64,000 nucleotides of DNA, from NCBI GenBank assembly GCA_965208325.1, contig OZ242326.1, positions 960,001-1,024,000 of the forward strand, read 5' to 3'. The position numbers and the translations under genes were made by a program. This document shows, one piece after another, positions 21,416-31,409 of this stretch. The notes beneath the pieces were generated by a model. The model saw nothing but the letters and a program-made list of their open reading frames with translations. It was not told where the DNA came from and ran no database searches. Within the stretch, counting starts at the first letter, position 1. Each line of letters opens with the position of its first letter. This DNA comes from Candidatus Poribacteria bacterium. Lineage in GTDB: Bacteria; Poribacteria; WGA-4E; PCPOR2b.

Positions 21416-22210
21416 GTGGGATTACTTTCAGACAAAGTTGCTGTTGTGACGGGCGCCGGACGGGGCGTTGGCAGAGCGGTTGCTTTCGAGTTGGCCGAGG
21501 CGGGAGCCGCGGTTGCGCTGGCTGCCCGTACGGTCAGTGAGATCGAGAGTGCCGCAGAAACAATCCGAGCGGGCGGGCACCGTTCAATTACGGTCCCCAC
21601 CGACGTAACGCGCCAATCAGAGGTCGATACGCTATTCGCTCGTACCCGCGAAGAACTGGGAGAAGTCGATATTCTCGTGAACAACGCTGCGATAATTGGT
21701 CCCACGGGCAAACTTTGGGAAACGAATCTGTCGGATTGGCACGACATTTTTGACATCAACCTATTCAGCATGGTGCGTTGCGCATCAGCAGCCCTTCCCT
21801 CCATGGTTGAACGGGGCTGCGGCAAGATTATCAACGTCGGATCGACAGCAGGATGGACGGATTCGTGGGTACCCGGAAATGCGGAACAGGCGGCGTATGC
21901 GGCGACTAAAGCGGCAATCATGCGTTTCAGCGTGTGTCTAGCGCAACAAGTCAAAGGTGACGGCGTGAACGTAAATTGCGTCGGCGTGAGCGCTCACACT
22001 CGCATGAGCGACGAGGCCCGCCTGGCGTTAGCGCGGGTGCGCGGCACTCCCCCGCCACCAACGATGGATGACCTCCCAATCAGTCAGCAGGTGCTGCCAG
22101 AGACTAACGCACCGTTATTTGTGTTTTTGGCTTCGTCTATGTCGGACTACATCACCGGCCAGTATCTTGAGGCAAATCAGATGCCCCGCCGCAGGTCTGA
22201 GCATCGTTAA
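21416..22210 (+). CDS. SDR family oxidoreductase
   Basis: TGAGRGVG, NNA, YAATK; AGGAGG RBS before GTG. Confidence 0.9.
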   Translation: MGLLSDKVAVVTGAGRGVGRAVAFELAEAGAAVALAARTVSEIESAAETIRAGGHRSITVPTDVTRQSEVDTLFARTREELGEVDILVNNAAIIGPTGKLWETNLSDWHDIFDINLFSMVRCASAALPSMVERGCGKIINVGSTAGWTDSWVPGNAEQAAYAATKAAIMRFSVCLAQQVKGDGVNVNCVGVSAHTRMSDEARLALARVRGTPPPPTMDDLPISQQVLPETNAPLFVFLASSMSDYITGQYLEANQMPRRRSEHR

Positions 22211-22218
22211 AAAAAGCC

Positions 22219-22665
22219 GGTAGGGCGGGTTCCTACCGCGCGCGTTTTCATCCAAACGTTTATAGCCATTTACGATTAAATTTACACACACTCAGATACT
22301 CCCCCGATAAGGCTACTATTACCCACAAGTCCGCAAAGTCGGATAGGGTAGGGGTTTCCTCCACTCATTCTTGACGTAACCATGCTGTGAAGCACCTGTG
22401 GGAAGGGCTTCCTAGCCCTGATTATCGGGACAGGGATGTCCCTCCCACAGCGGAGATGTCTTGTCGATTCATTACAATTATCATTCCCATCCTTACCAAG
22501 GAGGATCAACTGACCGAATATGGAAGGCGATAGTTTTTGTAAAGGTTAAACCGGCAGTCTTACAGACCCCTCTAACTCCCCCTTGGCAAGGGGGAGAATT
22601 TTTCTGTTTTATTCCCTTTCTTACTAAGGCGGATCAACTGAGCGAATAGCGAAGGCGATAGTTTT
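22219..22665. repeat. Mosaic of intergenic repeat modules
   Basis: 22381-22448 has an inverted near-copy at about 26859-26927; 22281-22311 recurs at about 24072; CCCCTCTAACTCCCCCTT palindrome family; two 23-nt units at 22504 and 22632. Confidence 0.75.
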
Positions 22666-22793
22666 GGGAGGTTAACACCCGTTTTTGATTGAATTAATAT
22701 GTGTAATTTTTGGTTGCAATGACTTTTAATACTAATGGACTCGACTAAAATCCAAACACAAGGCGCAGCGCTCACTGCGTCTAAAGAGGGGAC

Positions 22794-23987
22794 ATGAAAC
22801 AATCACCTATTCGCGTCGGGTTAGTTGGCTCGGGTTTCGTCGCTAAATTCCACAGCTTAGCTTACAACAATCTAGCCTTAGTGTACAATTCTACGCTGCC
22901 GGCGGTCGAACGGATTAGACTCTTTGATGTAACGACTGAACTCGCTGCGGAAGGCGCTGCACAGTTTGGTTGGCAGGAAGCGACTGACGATTGGCGAAAC
23001 ATCACACGCGCCGACGACATCGATCTTGTCGATATTGTTGCGCCGAACTACGCGCACGCGGAGATTGCAGTTGATGCGGCGAGGCACGGCAAACATATTT
23101 TCTGTGAAAAACCGCTTGCGCACGATGTTGCCTCGGCACGGCAAATGGTCGAAGCTGTATTTCAGACTGGATGTACTCACCAAGTGGGATTTGTTTACCG
23201 TATGTGGCCCGCTGTCGCTTTTGCCAAAGAACTCATTGACACCGGTAAAATCGGCCGAATAATCCACTTCCATTCACGGTTCCTACACGATTACGGACTA
23301 GATCCTTCACTGCCGATGAGTTGGCGATTCGAATCGGGTAAAGCCGGCGCCGGCAGCATCGGCGACATCGGGTCTCACGCGATTGATATTGGTAGATACC
23401 TTGTTGGCGACATTGTCCGTGTTTTCGCTCAGTCACGTACATTTGTAAAGAAAAGATTAATAGCCCCGCCCGGATTAAGCAACGCCTTTCGCCGCGGTGA
23501 CAGCGAAATCAAAGAGGTATCCGAGTACGGCGCCGTGGATGTCGACGATGCAACTGACATGTTGGTCGAATTTGAAGACGGCACGATGGGTAATTTTGAG
23601 ACAAATTGGGCGGCGGCAGGTCATGAGAACGAACTCAGTTTTGAGGTGAGCGGCGAGCGCGGCGCCATAAAGTTCAGTTGGCGTCACGCGAATGAATTGT
23701 TAGTGCATTCGGCGGATGATCCGGAGAATCTGAACGGTTTTCGCACAGTCATTATTGGACCCATGCATCCGGAAGCGGAGTCTTTCGGGCCCGTGCCGGG
23801 GCTTGGCATGGGTTATACCGATGCATTTTATATTGCGATGCGTCAGATGGTTGAATCGATCTCCCGTGGAAAGGCGGATAGCCCGAATTTTATAGACGGC
23901 TTGAAAGCCTGCGAGGTAGTGGATGCCGCGGTGCATTCATCCGACTCCGGGAAATGGGAGGAGGTTAATCACAATCCACCGCTGTAA
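22794..23987 (+). CDS. Gfo/Idh/MocA family oxidoreductase
   Basis: VGSGFVA, CEKPLA, GAGSIGDIGSH. Confidence 0.9.
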   Translation: MKQSPIRVGLVGSGFVAKFHSLAYNNLALVYNSTLPAVERIRLFDVTTELAAEGAAQFGWQEATDDWRNITRADDIDLVDIVAPNYAHAEIAVDAARHGKHIFCEKPLAHDVASARQMVEAVFQTGCTHQVGFVYRMWPAVAFAKELIDTGKIGRIIHFHSRFLHDYGLDPSLPMSWRFESGKAGAGSIGDIGSHAIDIGRYLVGDIVRVFAQSRTFVKKRLIAPPGLSNAFRRGDSEIKEVSEYGAVDVDDATDMLVEFEDGTMGNFETNWAAAGHENELSFEVSGERGAIKFSWRHANELLVHSADDPENLNGFRTVIIGPMHPEAESFGPVPGLGMGYTDAFYIAMRQMVESISRGKADSPNFIDGLKACEVVDAAVHSSDSGKWEEVNHNPPL

Positions 23988-24229
23988 CGCATTACCCCGC
24001 ACGTGCTTTTCCCTACCCCAGTTAATGCGAGTATGCACGGCGTCACCTACTGTAGCCGTTTACATTCATATTTACACACATTCAGATACCCCCCAGATAA
24101 GGGATCAACTGAGCGAATAGCGAACACCGTAGTGAATCCCGCGCGATAGAATTGAACAATTGGGGGACATAGCAGTATCACTATCAGCCAACGTTACATA
24201 TCACGGTATTCAGAAAGGATAAGTTCCAA

Positions 24230-25096
24230 ATGAAGCGTAAGTGGAAAACAGCGTTTCTCACAATCTTGGACTATAGCACTATGCCGTCAACCGATGTGAT
24301 TGAGTCCCTGCGTCGACTGGGGTATGAGGGTATTGAGTGGACTATGGATCACTTTAATCCCGATTTGCCGATTGCACAATTGCGCGAACTCGTCTGGCGC
24401 ACCCGCGACGCTGGAATGGAAGTATCCCAGATTATGGCGCATACCGACCTGATTTCGCTCGACGACGCCGTACGCAAGCAAAAAATCGATCGGATTGTGC
24501 GCGGTATAAGAGCCGCCGGCGAGTGCGGGGTAAGTGCGGTCAGTGTGTTGACGGGACCGTCAATATGGGAGCCCGACCACGTCCGAATTGGAGAGGATAT
24601 GAGCGAGTCGGCTGGCTGGGATCAGGCGATTGAAGCGGTTGAAACTTTCGTCGGAGCCGCTGAGGACTCCAACGTTGTCATCACGTCTGAAGCAGTCTAC
24701 GGCATGCTTGCCCACGATTTCTATACGCACAAATGGTTGGTAGATCAAGTAGACCATCCCGCGCACAGGGTCAATTTCGATCCGTCGCACCACGTCCTCT
24801 ACGGTATAGAAGACATGCGTTGGTTAATCCACCAGTGGGGAGATAGAATCGCTCACGTGCATATCAAGGACGCGGTTGGGATACCGGAACTCAACAAATT
24901 TGTCTTTCCGCTGCTTGGCGAAGGCAGAGTGAACTGGAAGGATTTCTTCGTCGGTCTTGAGGAGATTGACTACCGCGGATTCTGCAGTCTCGAATTTGAG
25001 TCGTTTCGATTCTACCGCCAAGTCCTCAAAAACAACCCGGAAGCCGCCGCCCAGATTTTGCTTGAACAGCTAAACGTACTTCTAGAAGATGATTGA
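24230..25096 (+). CDS. Sugar phosphate isomerase/epimerase (xylose isomerase-like TIM barrel)
   Basis: NFDPSH, HVHIKD, LGEGRVNW, SLEFE. Confidence 0.85.
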   Translation: MKRKWKTAFLTILDYSTMPSTDVIESLRRLGYEGIEWTMDHFNPDLPIAQLRELVWRTRDAGMEVSQIMAHTDLISLDDAVRKQKIDRIVRGIRAAGECGVSAVSVLTGPSIWEPDHVRIGEDMSESAGWDQAIEAVETFVGAAEDSNVVITSEAVYGMLAHDFYTHKWLVDQVDHPAHRVNFDPSHHVLYGIEDMRWLIHQWGDRIAHVHIKDAVGIPELNKFVFPLLGEGRVNWKDFFVGLEEIDYRGFCSLEFESFRFYRQVLKNNPEAAAQILLEQLNVLLEDD

Positions 25097-25217
25097 GTGC
25101 GCCCGCCGCGAGTCAATAGTCCGAACTTGTAATCATACCGCTGCATCCCTCTTCATCCTAAAATCCAACAATCCAGCAAAACGACACTTGCGCAATCGAA
25201 TATGAAAGGATATTGAA

Positions 25218-25442
25218 GTGAAACCCTTTTGGGTATTTTGTGCATCGATTATTTTTTTTGCTTGTATAAATGTAATGCTTACGGCGTCGCTTAACATTTC
25301 GTCTGGCAGAGCTGGCATCATTGACTTGGTATTACCGTGGGGTGTAATCCTCATCTCGTCCGGCGCCTTTGCTCTCATTGCTTGGGGTTGGTCCCGAGGA
25401 AAATTACGAACCAAAAATCAGTCCGACTCGAAGCAAGATTAG
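25218..25442 (+). CDS. Small hypothetical membrane protein
   Basis: AAGGA RBS before GTG, two hydrophobic segments, basic tail. Confidence 0.4.
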   Translation: MKPFWVFCASIIFFACINVMLTASLNISSGRAGIIDLVLPWGVILISSGAFALIAWGWSRGKLRTKNQSDSKQD

Positions 25443-25476
25443 TTTTCGTAGGTTGGGTAGACCGATCAACTGCGCA

Positions 25477-26267
25477 TTTGTAGGTTGGGTTAAGCGATCA
25501 ACCGACCAAAAAGGGAGGGCGATAGTTCTAACCTTTAAAGGAACATCGCCGCATAAAAGCCATTAGCGCCGCACCTTGATTCCGTCTCAAATTCCTCATG
25601 GCGTAGCGAACCCAACGCTTTTCTCTATATTTCGTGTGAAACCGTATTGAGGAATCTCAAAAATGAACCGAAGCAACCATTACGTCAAGATTGTTGAATG
25701 GTCCGATGAAGACCAATGTTATGTTGGCAGTTGCCCAGGACTCTTTTATGGTGGATGCCACGGCGATAATGAACAAGAGGTGTTCGCTGAACTATGTCGC
25801 ATCGTTGAAGAGACGATTGAACTATATCAGCGGGATGCCAGACCCCTACCATCAGCGACATCCGGCAAAGACTACGCTAACAAGATGTTGGAATTTGCCT
25901 AACAAACCGTAACGCTTTAGCGAGTCATGTTCTTCTAGTTCTTGTAGGTTGGGTAGGGTGATCAACTGAGCGGATAGTTCAAATGAGCGAAAAGCGAATG
26001 CGATAGTCTTCTTTTGTAAAATCCTCCTTATTGACCCGCATCACCCATCGTAGGCGGGGATCAACTGAGTGAATAGCGAAGGCGATAGTTTTCCGCCTGC
26101 CCCGCATTTGTAATCAAATCTTTGTAGGTTGGCTTAAGCGATCAACCGACCGAAAAGGGAGGGCGATAGTTCTAACCTTTAAAGACAAAACGCCGCATAA
26201 AAGCCATGAGCGCCGCACCTTGATACCGTCTCAAACTCCTCATGGCGAAGCGAACCCAACGCTTTTC
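25477..26267 (+). repeat. ~147-bp direct repeats (25477-25623 and 26121-26267) flanking the HicB-like gene
   Basis: Near-identical TTTGTAGGTTGG...GCGAACCCAACGCTTTTC blocks. Confidence 0.85.
25663..25902 (+). CDS. HicB-like antitoxin-family protein (orphan)
   Basis: YxKIVEWSDEDxCYVGxCPGL..GCHG..E..ARPLP partial RNase H-like HicB pattern; GAGGA RBS. Confidence 0.7.
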   Translation: MNRSNHYVKIVEWSDEDQCYVGSCPGLFYGGCHGDNEQEVFAELCRIVEETIELYQRDARPLPSATSGKDYANKMLEFA

Positions 26268-26287
26268 CCGCCGACAATTCATTTTGT

Positions 26288-26325
26288 AAAGGGAGCGGCA
26301 CCGCTAGGTGTCTCTCCCTTTTTTT
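26288..26325 (+). terminator. Intrinsic terminator-like hairpin
   Basis: AAAGGGAGCGGCACC-GCTA-GGTGTCTCTCCC followed by T7. Confidence 0.55.
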
Positions 26326-27143
26326 CAGAGTAAAATCAGGAAGGGAACGCACTGGAAAATGGGCGATTTCCGGGAAAGCCGAGGTTGGTGGTTACCTTTT
26401 GTTGAATTGCTCCGGCCCGCTTGTGGTGCGGGTTCATTGAAATCGTGAGGTAACCAAAAGGTAACCAAGAAAAAAGATCTGTAAGTCAATTCAGCGGATT
26501 ATTATGCTAATATATTAGCATATTTTATAGGAGCGATTTAAGACTTTCGCGGGCAGTGGATCGAAGGGAATGTCAAGGCAATCGAGATGCTAAAGGGATG
26601 GTGCATTTTCCGGAAGCGTTTGGAAATGATGGATTTTCAATCTCAGGGAATGTGGGTTGGGTTAAGCCGCCGAATAGGATTAACTGAGCGGATAGCGAAG
26701 GATCAAGCGAGCGAACAGCGAGTGCGATAGTCTTCTCTAGTCTTCACTAGAAATATCCTCGCCCTTGTAAAACCTTACCATTACCCACAAGTCGTTGGAG
26801 GCAGACGCCGTCTCTGTTCGGGGTTAAGAACGATTGATCATTTCGGTATGGTGTACATTGTGGGAGGGACATCCCTATCCCGATAATCAGGGCTAGGAAG
26901 CCCTTCCCACAGATGCTTCACAGCATGCTTACGGTTATTTTACTTTCCCCCAATGTTTAGAGAGTTATACTTGTTCATTAAGGTGCAATTGCTAGGCAAT
27001 CCAGTGATTCTTCAACACCTTGGATTTTTGAAAATACACTTCGTGAGATGTTTTGGTATTGCTGAGCCTTATTTTGACTCATAACATGGCAGTTTTGCCA
27101 GCAACAAATCCACCTTAAGCCACTGTCTAGTTATTGGGAGTAA

Positions 27144-27338
27144 TTTCAGCCAGGTGAGTTCTGGAAGCAGATGCGCGAATTCCCGACCTCCGAGCACAAC
27201 GACGCCCCCGACGCCGTTCAGGGCGCGCTTCGACAAAGAATCACCACCACCCCCAAGCAACGCGAACGCGACGAACGGCGTCGACGCGCACGCGAGGAGT
27301 GGTACGGCGAATACGGTCGCCCGGTCGTCCGTCTATAA
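27144..27338 (+). pseudogene. Probable C-terminal fragment of a phage terminase large subunit
   Basis: Manual translation (not in the ORF track) FQPGEFWKQMREFPTSEHNDAPDAVQGAL...; resembles the terminase nuclease Q..FP...HDD..DA motif; in-frame TAA directly upstream. Confidence 0.5.
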
Positions 27339-27478
27339 CCCCGGTATTTCCAATTCCGTATCAACAGAGAAGGAATGATACACCTCCGCGGAATCGGTAA
27401 CGCGACACACATCATCAACACCGCGAAAACCGTACCGTTAGCGGGCATTTAGGATTAACCGTCTCGTTTGAAATTAAT

Positions 27479-27507
27479 TTGACTTTAGATACTGGAGTGA
27501 GTATAAT
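27479..27507 (+). promoter_or_regulatory. Near-consensus sigma70 promoter
   Basis: TTGACT, 17 bp, TATAAT. Confidence 0.8.
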
Positions 27508-27513
27508 TACGTA

Positions 27514-27856
27514 TAGTTTTTTTTAGAAACCCATTTTCCTTATTTATGCAGAAGGAACCCGGACGATGGCGATTTGTAAATGCTAAAAAACTAGGTTGTT
27601 CTGGATATCAACACTGGCGCAAGGTGAGTATGCGCTTTTGACGATAAGCTGTCCGCTAAATTGATGTGGAAACACGCCTACGCGCAAATGTTGATTACAC
27701 CAGGACATCCCGGTTGCATAACCGAGTCCCCTTTTCGTGGCCGGAGAAAGGAAAGCATATCCGAAAGCAATAAAGCGAAGTAAGCACAATCCATGACCAG
27801 ATGGTTTTCTTATATTGGACACGGACCACGATTCAAAAAGGGATCGTGGTTTTTTT
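27514..27856 (+). ncRNA. Candidate structured ncRNA or cis-regulatory leader of unknown class
   Basis: Bounded by promoter and terminator, no sense ORF of 40 codons or more inside, several stems (see findings). Confidence 0.5.
27825..27856 (+). terminator. Intrinsic terminator upstream of the first ABC gene
   Basis: ACCACGATTC-AAAAAG-GGATCGTGGT stem-loop followed by a T run. Confidence 0.75.
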
Positions 27857-27970
27857 GTTGTCATTTATTGATATCCGCACCCGATAAATGGACCTCTCGC
27901 AGCTAAATATTAATTTTGAAATTCAATCCTTACGAAAGCCATACGCCTCCTGAAAACGGGGGAGTTTATC

Positions 27971-30202
27971 ATGAAACTAATCGAACCGATCCCAAATCCA
28001 GTCAGACAGAAGATACAGGGGTTACTTGCGCCCGGCGAAGATGAGCTAATCTGCGTATCTGCTGACGTGCGCGGCGATGGACGTTACGGATCGCGGTGGA
28101 TTGTGGTCACAGCCAAGCGCATCGTAATCACATCGGAAGATGCCGCTGATGATGTTGTACGCATACCCATTGAACAAGTCGCATCGGTGCGCACCGAACC
28201 CCTGGTCGGCGGCGTACGCTTGGAGATTGAGCGGAAGGCTAACTCTACCGCCTTTGTCCCGTACTCTAACTCCATGGCGGTGAAGTTCTCCGAAGTTGCG
28301 CGGGGCATTGAACAACTCCGCAAGCAGGAACCGTTCCAAATTGATAGTCAACTCGAGCGCACACGATGTGAAAAATGCGGCAGGCTGCTGCCTGAAAAGG
28401 ACGGCATCTGCCCCGCCTGCATTCAGCGATTAGCGACGCTGCGGCGAATCGGAAGCTACCTAATGCCCTATAAATGGCGTGCTGCACTTCTCGCAATGGC
28501 GTCTCTCATTGGAACGCTGACAGAGATTTTACCGCCTCTGATTACCCGACACATCGTGGACGATGCGTTGGTACCGGCGAAAGAATCGGCCATCGGCATG
28601 GAGGAACGGTTAGCGCTGCTCGGTTGGTTTGTGCTGGGCTTAGTTGGGGTGCGGGTGTTGGGTTGGGGTGCGGAATGGGTACACGGCTGGACGGTGACCT
28701 GGTTGGGCGCCCGCGTCACAGCCGATATCCGAAGCCGGCTATACCGGCAACTCGAGCTGCTTTCGCTGCAGTTTTATGATAAACGGCAGGTCGGCGCGGT
28801 GATGTCGCGCGTGACAAGAGACGCCGGCAGGTTACAGGACTTCCTCGTGGATGGCATGCCCTATCTGATCATCAACGGCTTGATGATTGTCGGCATACTC
28901 GTATTCCTGTTTTTGATGAGTTGGCGGTTGACACTATACATTTTATTGCCGATCCCGATTCTGCTGGCGTGGGGAGTCCTCTTCTGGCGGCGGATGCGCC
29001 GGTACTTCCATAAGTGGGATCAGCGATGGTCGGATCTCATGTCTACGGTGAACGAAACGCTCTCCGGTATTCGGGTGGTAAAGGCATTCGCACAGGAGAT
29101 TCGGGAGGTTACCTCGTTTAATAGACGCAATAAGGTGCTGCGGCGGATTGCCGTAAGGACGGAAATTAACTGGGAAATCTTTTTCGCCACATCGAGTCTT
29201 GTGACTAGTTTGGGGGTACTGATAATTTGGCTTTTCGGAGGGATGGAGATGTTCAAGGGCGAGTTTTCTATCGGTAAGCTACTTGCATTCTACGGCTTCA
29301 TGTGGCTCGTCTACGGTCCCATCCAATGGTTCGGGCAGGTCAACAACTGGATGACACGGGCGTTCGCCGGCGCCGAGCGAATCTTCGAGGTCATCGACAC
29401 GCCGCCTGAAGCTTACGACGATGCAGACGCCGTACCCATGCCCAACATTGAGGGCAGGATTGATTTTCAAAAAGTCACGTTTGGTTACGATAAGAGCAAG
29501 CCGGTGCTGCATGAAATTAATCTCGAAGTCACACCGGGGGAGATGGTAGGACTTGTCGGCAAGTCAGGCGTGGGTAAGACGACCACGGTGAACCTAATCT
29601 CCCGGTTTTATGACGTCGATCACGGCGCAATTGAGATTGACGGCGTGGATAACCGAAAAATCCGGTTGGAAGATTTGCGCAGCCAGATTGGTATCGTTGC
29701 CCAAGAACCTTTTCTGTTCAGCGGAACAATTTCTGAGAACATCGGCTACGGCAAACCCGGCGCAAGTTTTGACGAACTCATGGACGCCGCACAAGCCGCC
29801 AACGCTCACAACTTTATCGTCTCCAAGCCAGACGGTTATGATACGCAGGTGGGAGAACGGGGAAACAACCTGTCAGGCGGTGAAAAGCAGCGAATCGCTA
29901 TCGCACGCGCTATCCTCCACAATCCGAGGATTCTAATTTTGGATGAAGCGACTTCGTCGGTGGACGTGGAGACGGAAAAGCAGATTCAGGACGCCGTTGC
30001 TCGACTAACCAAGGGCCGCACCACCATCGCAATCGCCCACCGGCTGTCAACGCTGCGGAACGCGAGCCGGCTAGTGGTGCTTGATGAAGGACGCATCGTG
30101 GAGATAGGAACACACAGCGAATTGATGGAAAAACGAGGGGTTTTCTACGACCTTGTGCAATTACAGCGGCAGACGTCAGAGATTATCGCCGTGCAAGCGT
30201 AG
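27971..30202 (+). CDS. ABC exporter (TMD-NBD) with N-terminal soluble domain and CxxC..CxxC Zn ribbon, paralog 1
   Basis: CEKCGRLLPEKDGICPAC; TM domain; GKSGVGKT, LSGGEKQR, ILDE, AHRLS. Confidence 0.92.
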   Translation: MKLIEPIPNPVRQKIQGLLAPGEDELICVSADVRGDGRYGSRWIVVTAKRIVITSEDAADDVVRIPIEQVASVRTEPLVGGVRLEIERKANSTAFVPYSNSMAVKFSEVARGIEQLRKQEPFQIDSQLERTRCEKCGRLLPEKDGICPACIQRLATLRRIGSYLMPYKWRAALLAMASLIGTLTEILPPLITRHIVDDALVPAKESAIGMEERLALLGWFVLGLVGVRVLGWGAEWVHGWTVTWLGARVTADIRSRLYRQLELLSLQFYDKRQVGAVMSRVTRDAGRLQDFLVDGMPYLIINGLMIVGILVFLFLMSWRLTLYILLPIPILLAWGVLFWRRMRRYFHKWDQRWSDLMSTVNETLSGIRVVKAFAQEIREVTSFNRRNKVLRRIAVRTEINWEIFFATSSLVTSLGVLIIWLFGGMEMFKGEFSIGKLLAFYGFMWLVYGPIQWFGQVNNWMTRAFAGAERIFEVIDTPPEAYDDADAVPMPNIEGRIDFQKVTFGYDKSKPVLHEINLEVTPGEMVGLVGKSGVGKTTTVNLISRFYDVDHGAIEIDGVDNRKIRLEDLRSQIGIVAQEPFLFSGTISENIGYGKPGASFDELMDAAQAANAHNFIVSKPDGYDTQVGERGNNLSGGEKQRIAIARAILHNPRILILDEATSSVDVETEKQIQDAVARLTKGRTTIAIAHRLSTLRNASRLVVLDEGRIVEIGTHSELMEKRGVFYDLVQLQRQTSEIIAVQA

Positions 30203-30395
30203 CGTCTGTAATCCGCATTTTTACATTTACACTGTCATTGGCGAATTCTGGATACTGGCATCTTGGGGCTTAGCGCTTTTTTGAACAATAGGCGACCGTG
30301 CCATTCTTGGGCATTTGAGTTGGTATAACTGGTGGAAATTCTATCGCGCGGGATTTATTATCGCCTAAGCTATACGGTCAGTAGATCCAATTCAG

Positions 30396-31184
30396 TGTGC
30401 GCAGGGCAGGATGCCCAGCCTACAAGGCGTGGTGGTGTGCGCAGGGCAGGATGATTCGCCTACAGGGCCTAGTCGTGGGCGCGCGGAAAGATGCCGCGCC
30501 TACAGGGCCTGGTCGTGGGCGCGGGGAAAGATTACCCGCCTACAAGGCCTGGTCGTGGGCGCGCGGAAAGATTACCCGCCTATAGGGCGTGGTCGCGTGG
30601 GCGCGCGGCAAGATGCCGTGCCTACAGGGCCTGGTCGTGGGCGCAGGGCAGGATGATTCGCCTACAGGGCCTAGTCGTGGGCGCGCGGCAAGATGCCGCG
30701 CCTACAGGGCCTAGTCGTGGGCGCAGGGCAGGATGATTCGCCTACAGGGCCTAGTCGTGGGCGCGCGGCAAGATGACCCGCCTACAGGGCCTGGTGGTGG
30801 GCGCAGGGCAGGATGCCCAGCCTACAAGGCGTGGTGGTGGGCGCAGGGCAGGATGATTTGCCTACAGGGCCTAGTCGTGGGCGCGCGGCAAGATGCCGCG
30901 CCTACAGGGCCTGGTCGTGGGCGCAGGGCAAGATGCACCGCCTACAAGGCGTGGGCGTGTACGCGGGGAAAGATGCCCCGCCTACAGGGCGTGGTCGTGG
31001 GCGCGCGGCAAGATGACCCGCCTACAGGGCGTGGTCGCGTGCGCGCAGGGCAAGATGCACCGCCTACAGGGCCTGGTGGGCGCGGGGAAAGATGACCCGC
31101 CTACAAGGCCTGGTCGTGGGCGCGCGGCAAGATGCCGCGCCTACAGGGCGTGGACGTGGGCGCGGGGAAAGATGACCCGCCTAC
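30396..31184. repeat. Tandem array of 20 x ~40-bp GTAG-family REP-like units
   Basis: CCTAC/CCTAT recurs about every 40 nt from 30419 to 31180; the minus-strand unit reads GTAG-GCGCGGCATCTTGCCGCGC hairpin plus linker. Confidence 0.92.
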
Positions 31185-31409
31185 GGAGGGTCGTGCCGTG
31201 ATATGGGCTACCACAAGGGTTGCCCCTACAGAAAATGAATCCGATGCAGGAGCGTCGCGCTATACACTGCCGCCCTCAGGTGTCATTTTAAGGCAATTTT
31301 TTTAACAAGTTCTAAAGGTTAGTAATTCTATCGCACCCCACGAAAATGCCGCGTGTCTGCACGGCATTCAATCGTGCCAGCACAAACCGGCACCTATGGA
31401 ATAACAATA

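Noticed and set aside
22504..26730. 23-nt unit as a degenerate CRISPR repeat
   Set aside because: Spacing is irregular (23 bp to kilobases), both orientations occur in the window, and intervening DNA is other repeats or genes
27154..27378. ORF-track 74-aa Ser/Pro-rich ORF
   Set aside because: The alternative frame 27144-27338 carries the recognisable terminase-like motif; this frame looks like a shadow
30396..31184. CRISPR array
   Set aside because: No unique spacers, the whole 40-bp unit repeats, and no cas genes are present
30397..31201. Overlapping Arg/Gly-rich ORFs in the array
   Set aside because: By-products of a GC-rich, stop-poor tandem repeat; all frames give permuted peptides and there is no RBS
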